NCBI GenBank assembly: GCA_048013815.1
Contig: CM106585.1
Location: 5,580,001 to 5,644,000, forward strand
Origin: Setoptus koraiensis
Lineage: Eukaryota > Animalia > Arthropoda
Direction: 5' to 3'
DNA length: 64,000 nucleotides
Shown here piece after piece: positions 11,401-23,103 of the stretch. Within the stretch, counting starts at the first letter, position 1, and each line of letters begins with the position of its first letter. The notes under the pieces are model-generated. The model saw only the letters and a list, made by a program, of their open reading frames with translations. It had not been told where the DNA came from and did no database searches. The translations under genes and the position numbers were made by a program.

Positions 11401-12307
11401 CTTACCTAGACAGTCTCTTTCCCTGTCGCACTTCCAACCTATGTATATTATATAATATATTTTAGTATGGCAAACATAAGATAGAATAGAAGTAAGATAG
11501 GTATTCTCACTGCCAAGAATTGGAATTTGAGGACATTGCAGGAATGAGGAAAATGGCCTTCCAGTGCAGATTAGTGGTCAATGTGATCAAAATGTTAATT
11601 AGTTGACAGGCTAACCAATCAAGCGAGTTGATCACACAGAGAAAAGTTACTCAATTGGTCAACTATCAGCACCATTACGCCCAAATTAATAGAGGAGGCG
11701 AGCAATACAAGCGCATAATTTCTTTCTCTGAGATTTTAGCCAGGATCTGGACAACCAGATATAGTTGAAGCTGTGCATACATTGAGTTTCTCATGCAAAA
11801 TATGAACATTGTTACATCAGAAATACGAGTTTCTATTATGTTAAAGTGCACTCCCTTTAGAGTTCTTGTATATTGGAAATTTATCTCCTGAAAGTTATCC
11901 ACACACATCAACATTGAGAGTATATGAGTTGTGCGATTCTTTCTCCAAAGCTCATAGCTTTCATTCAGTCAATGTAAACACCTACTAAATACACATGCAG
12001 TGATGGCAACAACACTATTATCAACTGCATCTCTGTATTAACTAGCTAAAAACAAAGAGTTCAAAAAGCTCACATAAATTGTGCAAAATAACTGATGATG
12101 GCTTCTTTTTGAAAAAGTAAGGCTGTTTCCATGTTCCAATTCGGCAAATAACCTAAATATATACTGCTAAGATGAAATTATTTTAAATTCGTTCACATTG
12201 AACCAACGAAATCACTTGGAAGTTGATTAGTTGCGATTAAGCAAGATACAGCTAATGGCGAAATCAAACATATTATCGTTTCGGTTTCGAATTCACTTTG
12301 CTTCTTC

Positions 12308-12338
<31 letters not shown>

Positions 12339-15300
12339 CATGTTGAGCCTATTCTACTTATAACCATCCTAATCACCCACAGCGGATCTCCGAAATATTC
12401 ATTGCAATGATGATTTCATGACAAACTGGAACAAACATTGTCCACACAACCACTGATTATTTCCAGTGATAAGTTGCTGGATGAGACGATGGCAACGAAA
12501 CCATCAATTTATTCGGTTCGCCATATAATCTTTATGTAGGCGGCATTCCTTCGACATTATATACACATCTCAACACTGTAACCGCATATCCTTCTTTATA
12601 CCAGTATACTATCGACTCAGATATATTGATGATTTTATCAAGACAATCTTGCTGACAGGCTACTAAAGTTACTAATTCTGTCTGATCACGCTTGACTACT
12701 TAATATAATTATCGTGTTGTTATTGTTGAAAGGAAGAATTTTGATTTCGATGGTAGATGCATTTAGGCTTAAGTTTATTCTGTTTTACCTAACTAAAAAC
12801 AAACTAGGCGGGGTTAGGAAAGTTCTAAGGTAATTTCAAGCGCCACTTTCACTTGACTAATAACTCTTTTGTTACTACTTATTCATTTAATGGTTATTTA
12901 CATACAATGACTAGCATTATTTGGAAGCTTCCTGCATGCTATGTAGTCAGTATGAGCGACTAACTCTTTCAGTAGTTATGCAAGACTGCTGTAGGTCAGT
13001 TATTGAAATAATGCTTGCTTCAGTTCGGAATGAGAATTCTACATTCATTATGTTAATAATGGCCGCACAGTATAATAGTATTTGTGTATCATTTCGACAC
13101 AAATGTTGAGTGTAGGAGCAAGCAGTATAATGCGTGACTATGAATGCAACAAAACGATGAGCTGACCAACAATCTATTTCTACTTTATGATATTTGACCA
13201 TTGCAAGTCTTGCAAGAAGAGTAATAACCTGTCAAAATTATATTATTATTAGCTGGGGATTGGACAAAACAACACTGTTTGGTAATTGAAGTTTACCCAC
13301 ATAGACTATCTAGAAAGGCCATCTATTTGATTACTGGAAAAGAAGGATTGAGCTCATCGTCATTTATCAATACTCAACATAATTAATGAGTTAGTCGCCA
13401 GTGTGCACCACATATGTCTCTTGATGTCTTCCTTTCAGAAGAATGTTAGTTGTTCATATTTCTGGACACTCGCAAGTTTGATTCTATTCAACACTGCTCA
13501 TTACTTTAATTGGTCGTCGGAGGGCATTCAGTCACAGATAGCAGAGAGCAATTAAATATGGCGACTAAATATATAATTATTACTCTCATTTGTCTAGTAT
13601 CCGTTAAGAGCAAACAGCAACAAATCGCAAGCAGCTACGGACTAGCCATGGCGAGTCACTGGTGGATATAGCTGTAACTGATCTTATACAAACTATAATG
13701 ATACAACTACTAAAGCTGCAATTACGAGCAACCACTGGCATTGCAGAGAAAAGTTTGAACAGCATCATGGTATTGGCTTGACTTGGTTGAGTGAAAGAGT
13801 TCATAGGTATGTGTATCATCATATTGTGTTGCTAGATTGATTGAATTCGCGATAAAGACAGAGAGAAAATCCGGTTTTGCTACTCACTCTTGGGCACGCA
13901 TTTTCCGTCACATTTGAACTCCTCTGTCGAGCACACAGATTGGGCCTCCTGATTGTTGGACGGAGCTGTTATACGTGATGCATTGGATGCATTTATCAAA
14001 TTAGTCAACCCGTCCAATGTAGGTGTGATGATGGCGTCAGTTTTAATTGTCGTCACACACAATTAATCCACAGAAATCGATCAAGTGACCATTCCGACGA
14101 TTTGCATGGGCCGCGTTGAACAGTTCCAGTGTTTGTTTAAATGGTTGCGTTACGGGAAAATGTTGGCACAAAGAAATGTGATGGTAATAAATGATAAATA
14201 ATTATAATACATGATCAATTTGTAAACTGTTGCAAGACGTCGCAAGGCGCTGCCATGTAGCGTGATGGCGATTGTTCGAGATTGTTCGACACGGCGCAAA
14301 TGGTTCGACATGGCGCAAACAGTTCGACATGGCGCAAATAGTTCTCAGAGTCCAGACTGCATCGATCCCATCAGGCCCATTGTCAGGCGACGGCCTATAC
14401 GGGCGTCGCTGTTGCTGTGCTCCAACTCGGACAGGAAGTTGCGCTGCACATTGGATTTTTCGCAACTGTTGCGCACACACACCAACAGATCGGTTGCGCT
14501 GCTGATTGAGGACGCGCGCACACAACAGCCCGGTTGTTGTGCGCACTGGCGAGTGCGTGCGTTCGTGAAAGTATAGATGAACCGACATCTCTCCTTTGAG
14601 TACTGTGAGTATAACATGGCGTCTGCTTAATTGTAGCCGTGAGTCGTGGCTAGCTTGGCGCGCTCATCGCAATCACTATTTGCTTTTCAAGCGGGACACT
14701 GTCGCACGGAACACAATGGCCGCCATTGAATGGCGGACGTTGCAGACACTCTCACTGGTGAAAAACAACAGCAAAAACAAAACAAATCAAATTAAAACAA
14801 AACAAACATCGTTGTTGTGCAACTAATCTCTTCCTATGTAATTATCGTTATTATTAACCATTCGCCACAAACATGTTTCAACCGTGACGAGAATTGTTTG
14901 AACGGCCTTTTAACAATTACCCGTTTATCCGTTACCTTGCGGATTCGTAGCGATGACAGGATCTGCACGAACTAGAATTTTAGGAAACTGGATATGTCCA
15001 AGCTGCAGCAGCACCTAACAAGGGGAACATTTGTGCCATGATCGCTTGTTGCTATCGCAAATGCATCAGCATGCAACTACAACACCATTATACTTGATGA
15101 TCGCTGATAATCCTCGAAAGACACAACAAACTGATGATTTTGTCTACTCATCATTGGCCACGACAGTGCAACAGTGAGAGTATCGCAACAATGGAAAGCA
15201 ACTGCTATGGCATCCATTGTGGAACAAAGTCTCTAATGTTGGCCTGGTCTCTTGCGTGGCAGTTCACAGGTGACTTATGCGCTGTCCAGTGTTATATGTA

Positions 15301-18300
15301 TCGTATGTGGACACACATTTAATCATTATTTGGTCATGGAACGATCGACCAAATTCGTTGGCATGCGCTGCAAGCGATGTTGTTTGCCATGTAACCATTG
15401 TAATTCAATCTTGTTAGAAACAAGACTAGGCAACAATGCTAAAACAACAACATCATGCATATCATTAATGATTGCCTTTTCATCCAACATGATTCATGAA
15501 TATAAAAGAGATGTTTCCATTCAATGTGTGGCCAGCTCAAGAAAGCATATAAAGGCCCCCCACCACACCTAACATCATCAACATGAACAGCATGGCGCAT
15601 TTGCCAATGCGCTTTGACCACTCAAACAGTGAGAGTCCACTCTTATGGTCCGCTAGTAATCAAAGGCCTACCTATTTACAGCTTCATCGGTAGTGGCTTG
15701 GATAAGAAGAAATAGGCAACTAACAGCCAGCATCATCTTGATTGATGCTAACTTCGTAGAGAGAGAGAGGAAAATCTACGTTTCATTCATTAAATCTCGA
15801 TGAATGCAGTTTAGAGCAAAAGTTAGAGAGAAAAATTGCCTAATCTTTTTCTCTCGAGTCGTGAATCATTACAAAAAAATCATGAACTATTATCATTTAA
15901 GTCTTACACACACAGCGACTCCGCGCCTCATGAAGAGAGGTGAACACTTATATAAATTATTGCATCAGTTGTAGATCTGTTTATAATGGAAGCGTAGATC
16001 TGATGATTAGCAACGGTATCATGACATCTCATGCAACAATACAAACAATAATTGTCGCTAGCTAGGAGTGATCAACCAAGAGTGACCGTCTTGGGATTAA
16101 TCCACTCGTTCTATGATTCATTCATTTTAACATTGCATTCAATCGGGCTAAATCAAGACAGATCAGGATTAAGGTGTCATTATTGAATTGTCTACAAGCT
16201 GAGGTTGATGATTTTTGAAAGATTGCGTTAGCAAAACAGGATGATTGAATTCTAGCCTAAACATACCTATGTTCACTGTCGAAACCTCACATGAGGCTGT
16301 CCGATTGTTCGAGCAGTCTCTCTCACACTTTCTCTCTCCTGGAGACCGAATGGTTAAAGGATTGCTTTAGATAAGATGGAACAAACGAGTAGACTCTTCT
16401 CTCAATCAGAACAACTCGCATGGGTAAAGCTGACGAAGGATGTTGTAAAAACAACGTAAAAAATCACATTTGCACATGCGGACAACAAGGAGGGATAAGA
16501 GCTTACGCATCTATTCAAGAATCCTACCAGTAGGTACTAATGGAGACTGAATCGAACACAATCATCATGGTGGATGCTACCAATTGACTGCTGTACGTTT
16601 TCTTTTCATCCCCATCACAACCATTTGGACATGAATCATTCAGTTTGTGGCATTTCTGTTGCTAAATTTATTATCATACGATTGTAAATGTACCTAAAGC
16701 AACTTGATACCGTAAATGGCATCATCATAAGATTCTAAAAAGAGCCAGTGGAAACATGTTGTAGGAGTCGTAGAAACGAAAGTTGCAACTTGGGATGGGT
16801 GAACCTTAAGATCATTTGTTTCATTATTTGTTTAGACAAATAACTAATGATTCTACCATCTCATACTGATATGAATATCGATCTTCATGCAGATAACTAT
16901 CGGGCTGTCTCACGTTTCTTCGCGCCACAGTTAATTTTGAACTTAGTTTCAAATCATATAAACTGGAGCCCGTTAGTGGTGTGTATAGCTTTTATTATCC
17001 TCACTATCTTAAGCCAACTACAACTCAAACAAGAAGTAGCTGATCTGCTCCCGATAAAGCTAGTTAACTATTTGGAGATAGGCTACCATGGGCTGCATGT
17101 TAGTGGCGCTTCAGATTGTGGTTTAAGGTTTATTGCCATCACAATAATGGGGGGAGAGTTTAATCCACCCATGGAAGTGGCATTATAATGATGGAGGCTA
17201 GATAAATAAACTACACTAAAGTCGTGTCCAGCTCAATACAACATACTAATCTAGTTTGAACGAGGATGCTGGTGATTATGATCAATACTCATTAAGTTCT
17301 CATTAGACTCGTTAATTTCAAAGGTAAACAACAAGAATTAAATGAATCTAGTGATTCAATATATTGGACAAAAAAAAAGGAAGAACTAACTATCCTATCA
17401 TCGCCCAACCATCAGCGCCCCATAAATCACACAAGCATACGAATGCACGCCTATGATCGGGTGAACTAGTTCTTCCGTAAACTTCGGACATGTCGCTAAT
17501 GAATGAGATGATTTGCATGCTTCAGCTTGCCAAAAATATATTGATGGCTCGAGGCACGCACATTCAGCTCTCAATGAGTATGGCAAACGAGTAGAAGTTG
17601 CACTAAGTTAATTACTCTAGCTCGCAGATCATGATCATCAGCTTACAATATACATTCAAGGAGCTCGAATGAATGCAAGAAAGCTACAGATAGAAAGAGA
17701 GAGGGTTCATCGGCGTCACTTTTTCAGCGTCTAACCACTTGCACTTATTTGTAATGATGATGATAATTAGAATAAGAAGGCTACTTAGGGCTGTTACACA
17801 CTTACCTGTGCAATTTGCCTCATCGGCTGCAAATATACAATCTCGCACTCCGTCGCAGACCCAATGACCTGTTATTATAACGTTACGGGATAATGATAGG
17901 GCAAATTAATTAAGCAAATCATCAGTACATTTTATCACTAGCATACAATGGTTACATGATTAATTTGTTTCACTGTCTTCAGTCAGTACTTACGTGGTAT
18001 ACATGTCTTGTCAGGACATTTGAATTCATCTTCAGCACAGGTGTTGCCGCGCGCTAAATTAACGCAAACATTTGGATCATTTGAGTCGGGATACTTTCGA
18101 CAATCAAACACTGATGACATAGCCAAGGTGGCAGGTATATATTCGCCGCAACCTTCCAGAGCAACGCGACAAAATTTCTTGCACGGTGGTATGGCCTTAC
18201 TGGTTTCCGTGTGACATGGTGGCTCCAACAGCATACACAACAATTGATCTAAACGCTTGTTACAATTTGACTTGGCCAAGAAACCAAAGAAGGGCAACGA

Positions 18301-19509
18301 TCTTTTCACTTCAAATCTGTTGGTGTCACCAATAATATTAGGAAAAATGGTAGTGTTGAATGGTAGAACGCGAGCACAAAAATTGAGCGTTCGCTTGTGA
18401 CATTTGCCGGCCATCGAGGGCCACTGATCATGATATTGAATGTGTTGGCGTTGACGTAGACGCTCCGATTCTAATTCATCGTCCGCTTGCTGTTGCTTGC
18501 CATTGTTGTTGTTGCTGCCACTGCTTATATGGACGTAATTCTGGCGCGCCGATCTACCTAATGTGGCCATTTCAAAAGTTGATGAAGATCTATGCTGCAA
18601 AGTCTGATGATGTCTAATTGTCGGCTGCTGGGCGTGATCGTACTGCTGATTGTTCAACTGATCGGTCAATATTGATGATGACGACATCAACAGATCGCCG
18701 GTGCCCGCACCAGCGCCAGACTCCATTGATACAGGCGGTGACGCAACTAAAGACTCTTGGCCGTGCAAGCCGTAACGGTGATGATTAAGATTGTAGTTAT
18801 TGTCACTGCCATGATATTGTTGATCGTTGTTGTTGTTGTTGTTTATGCTAACCGCATCACTGGTCATGATTGTCGGCGGAAGTAACGACGATACGGGCGA
18901 CGATACCAATGGGGTACGTTTAAATCGGAAAGCGTCATCATTGTTGTTGTTGTTGTTCAATTGTTGTTGCGACGCGTATGAAAGAATCTGAGCCGCCTCG
19001 GAGCCGCCAACATGTGACGACTTGCTTTCCTCGTCTTGCTGATTGCTCGCTTGACCGTTTGACCGGCGACCATCCTGGTAGGAGACGTGCGACGATGGAA
19101 CAAACTGAGGTAGTGAAGGCGCTATAAATGATTTTGGTGGTCTAGGCGCCTCTATGTTTTGACTTGTGATCACTGAGATATTTAGTAGTAATGTTAGTAG
19201 TAGTAGTGGTAGTATAAGTGTAGTTATAACATAGCAACACTGTAGAGGCATAGTTTTTTTGCTGTATTGATTGCTGGCTCGATAAGTGTTTGTTGGGATG
19301 GTTGTTTTCAGTTTACAATGGGCATTTTCACTTTTTATCAAGACTGTTGTTGCTGTTGTTGTTGTTGTTGCTGTCGGACAAATAAGGTATAGGTGGTGTT
19401 TGTTGTTGGTGTCACGTTGTTGACATTCTGCTGACAATAAACTGTTTGTATCCATTGACAATTCTAGCAAGCTCGAAGTCTTTCTTCTCCTTCGGCAGGT
19501 GTCATTCAT
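8495..19509 (-). CDS. Frizzled-CRD + 4 LDL-receptor class A repeat protein (corin-like architecture without protease), ~1212 aa, 8 exons: 19509-17994, 17868-17806, 13965-13888, 11438-11406, 10921-10833, 10664-10598, 10435-10388, 10239-8495
   Basis: Hydrophobic segment ITTLILPLLLLTLLLNISVI; CRD (CHKRTLNFC...FPN...CNKRLDQLLCMLLEPPC...PPCKKFCRVALEGC...DCRKYP). All seven introns are GT-AG and phase-compatible, and splicing them rebuilds four complete LDLa modules (e.g. [35 protein letters not shown]). Start could alternatively be the ATG at 19251. Confidence 0.88.
12313..12338. repeat. (TA)13 microsatellite, intronic
   Basis: Read directly from the sequence. Confidence 0.95.
14284..14344. repeat. 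19-bp tandem repeat x3 (GTTCGACAYGGCGCAAAYR), intronic
   Basis: Units at 14284, 14303 and 14322, plus a partial GTTC. Confidence 0.9.
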
Positions 19510-20238
19510 TTTTGTTTGATTATTGTTGGCTTGATTTAGCGTCAATTTTACGAAACGAAATCGTTGATTTGTCAGTTCTGTTTTTCTCTTCTTCTTTCGT
19601 GTGTTGATTAATCGATGTTGATTGTCGTTGAAAGCGAAGCTGGCATCAAATTAGTTCATTGTTGTGATCGTCTACTCTATTCTGTTAATTAATAAAATCG
19701 ATGGTGGTGCATAGCGGCAGTTTTCAAACTATGTTTGCAACATAATCGACGCCAGACGGTCCTATTTTGTCTCGTTTGTTCGCCTAGCCGAAATGTGGTT
19801 TCGTTTTTTGTTGACTTGGCTGACTGTTTGCTTGTTTGTTTGGATGCTGTTGCCTTGACCTCGTGTTAGTTGCGACTAAGAGCAAATTTGGTCGCCAAGA
19901 TGCCTTTTTGTGTCCACAGTATTTTTGTCACACACACTCGCTTGCTACATGTACAACAACAACAAGTGAATGGAGCAAACTTGATATATATAGTGGGCTG
20001 TATAAGTAGAGTAAAGTTTTGAGAGTTTGCGAATAAGAGTGTTTACATGAGATAGTGAGATCGAGAGAGTCTGCCGCTCATTTTCAGCAGCAACAGCAAC
20101 GGCAACAACATGTTGGATTATATAACCGTTATACCCGTTGTGTGTATGTGTGTGTGCGTCAGAGCCGGATCAAGCTACGTCGGCTAAAACAACTGTCTGA
20201 GACTGTTGGTGGGTATGCCTGCCACTGCTAAACTAGAT

Positions 20239-20298
20239 GAACTGGCTAGCGAGCTAGCTGGCGAGCTGGCTGGCGAGCTGGCTGGCGAGCTGGCTGGC
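20239..20298. repeat. 12-bp tandem repeat x5 (GAGCTGGCTGGC)
   Basis: Read directly; it produces the spurious ELAG repeat ORF 20206..20442. Confidence 0.9.
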
Positions 20299-21822
20299 TT
20301 GGCTCACGAGTTTAGCTCAGCCTTCGTCGGCTTGCGCCGACTGGCCCGTTGTCCGTTGGCTGGAGCAACTGTGAGCAGTAGGTTGTTGCTGTTGTTGTTG
20401 GCCGGCCGGCCAGCCGAAGCTGTTGCTGGTCACATTAGTTAAGACAACAATTTCTCGAAGCATCCAACATGTGATAATGTCTATTTGTCTATTCATCTTT
20501 GTGTGTCTCTCGGGCTCTGTCGCTGGCTCGTTGCTCCCTCCTTTGGAGCTGGCGAGAAGGCTCCTATGAGTGCGCTTCGAGAGAAAGAGAAAAGGCGAAG
20601 GCGATGAGCCCACTTCTTCTTTCTTGGCCAGCCAGAGCGGCATCGGCGCCAGCAGCAGCAGCAGGCCGGTGTAACTAATCAATTCAATGCTCTTGTTGAT
20701 ATAAATTAATTCCTATCCCCTTTGCAGCCAGCCAGCCAGCCTCTTGAGAGCGGTTGTTGCAGCTAGCATTTTAGCGGCTGGCTGCCATATAGTGAGAACA
20801 AGATGAATCGAAGCCGAGTTAGTTAGCGATCTCTATGGGCAATATTGAGGTGAGAATCAGCTGCTGCCGATGCCGACGATGCCGACGATGTTGCTTTCGG
20901 TATAACTGTTATCGGCGGCTAACAGCAGTGATGGCAGTTAGGGGCTTCTAATGCAAGTGGCCAGTATTAGCCAGCATGATGATAATGATAAAGCGACGGC
21001 CATGATCACTTAATGGCTTGCATGCGGCACACAATCATGCCCAACACTGGACAATAATTACTGGACAGACAAACAGATAAAAAAGTAAAGGCGATCGATA
21101 TTGGCATTGGTCAAGTTGCTGCTTGGATGGTGAAATGTTGTTGTTTGATTTGGTGAAAACAATTAAATGGCCAGCCAGCCAGCTGGCCGGCCGGCCGGCC
21201 AGCATCACCCATCGCCAGATAATATGATATTTCGGGGTGTTGTGTCACGACTGTCAGAGATGTCAATGTTGCAGCGATTCAATCATCGTGTCGCCGCCGG
21301 TCGGTGTTGACTGGCGAGAGAGTTCAATTTGAATTTAATTCAATTTAAGCAACACACACAATCACACAACTGATTACAGTGCACCTGTCACTGGACAACG
21401 ATGACCACCACTCTAAATATAGCCTCGGACCCATTGATTATTTGCAGGCCTGTCTCCCGTGTTTGTGGAGCCCGTTCCATCGATCAAATTTTGACAACGC
21501 GGCCGGCTTGCAGGATCGGTCCCAATAGAGGCTGCCGTCGCTGACCGATCTCCTGATTGGCGCTTATCTGGTTTCGGCGAGCTTGCCGAGCGTTCGATTA
21601 GCCAGGCTCTCGGGTCAGTGAGGGACAGAGAGAGCGAGAAAGAGCCGTAAAATCACCTGCCGGCCGTACATCATCTAATTATAATTGTTGTCCACTGGCT
21701 CGCCGATTGAAAGCAGAGACAGCTGGCCGCTCGCTTGTCAGACATCACCACTTTCTGACAAGTGTGCGCCTGTGTGTTAGTTAGCTTGTTAGCCATCACA
21801 CAATGGGAGAAATGACCGACAA

Positions 21823-21853
<31 letters not shown>

Positions 21854-23059
21854 AACAACAGCGGCAATTCATCAAGACTTTCCTGTTTGATGTGGCCATG
21901 CGATGCCCGACACAATTAATCTCGCTGGCGCTGCCACTTTAACGACAATGACATTGAAGCACCTGCCCTAGATGGTCAACGCACGCACTGTGTTGAGATA
22001 GTTTATTGTTGGTTGCTTGCTTGATCCATTGTTTGATCATGATGCAACACGATGATGCAACATGATGATAGGATAATATTAAGCTCGAAATGTATGAAGC
22101 CGGCAACAAGCCATGAGGGCATGAAGGCGGCCTAGCAAAGTTTTATTTGGTGCGCCGATAGATGCTAATTTTGCATTTGCATATTGCTGCTGCTGCTGCC
22201 GCTGCTGTTATTAATACAATTGTTTATTCTGTAAAAAACTAAAATAGAAAATTCACAAAATTAAAGCTCAGCCACACACACACACTCAGCCATCAACAAA
22301 ATTGAGCTGCCAGACGAGACAGCAAGACGCTTAATTTATCACTCCAATTAAGAGTGCAACCAGAACGCTTATAGGCGCGCCGACACAACGCAACAACCTG
22401 TTGCGTTGTGGTCGTGGTTGCTGTTGTTGCATATTGTTGTTGCTGTTGTTGTTGCTGTTGTTGTGTTTACCAAAGGTTTACCAAAGGGTGGCCGTATATT
22501 TCAAGAGATTAAATCACAGCAGTATCAGCGACTGCAATGCAAATTACTCATGCACTCCGACAATCAGTGTGCCAGTGTACGTAATAAACAAAGCACAAAC
22601 AAAACCAATTAATCCTATTACGTCGTTTGTATGTGGCTCATTTATACTTTTACTTTCCTCGAGTCGATTTTTATTCTCTTCGGTTAGATTGCATCACACC
22701 ACAGCCAACAACAAGAAGCCGATTTGCCACAAAGAAGCGGGCGTCGTTAACAAGGACGAGGCCGCCGTTTCTAATTGTGCACTCTCTTTCTATAATGTGT
22801 CTTATCTCTAATAATTAATTCTCCACAATGTGTGTGTCTGTGAAATTGTAATTAGTGATTTAGTGGCGTGCGACAAAATTCAACAATCTTGCCAGCATGT
22901 AGCTGCCTACATGTTTTTGCATCACACCGTGCACATGTCTGTATAAATAGTATGGACCATCTATCAAGTGGTCGCTCAAAGTAGTTTCTATTATTAGTAA
23001 GTAAGCTCCTTGCATAAAATGGCACCCTCTGATATTGTAATTTTATTTTTATTGTTCCA

Positions 23060-23103
23060 GTGATTGTGCCGTGATTGTGCCGTGATTGCGCCGTGATTGC
23101 GCC
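23060..23103. repeat. 11-bp tandem repeat x4 (GTGATTGYGCC)
   Basis: Units at 23060, 23071, 23082 and 23093. Confidence 0.9.

Noticed and set aside
14302-14312. GGTTCGA as a tRNA T-loop
   Set aside because: It is part of the 19-bp tandem repeat; no cloverleaf around it.
21182-21203. Perfect 22-bp palindrome GCTGGCCGGCCGGCCGGCCAGC
   Set aside because: It is built from a self-complementary GGCC/CCGG simple repeat that is common in this interval.
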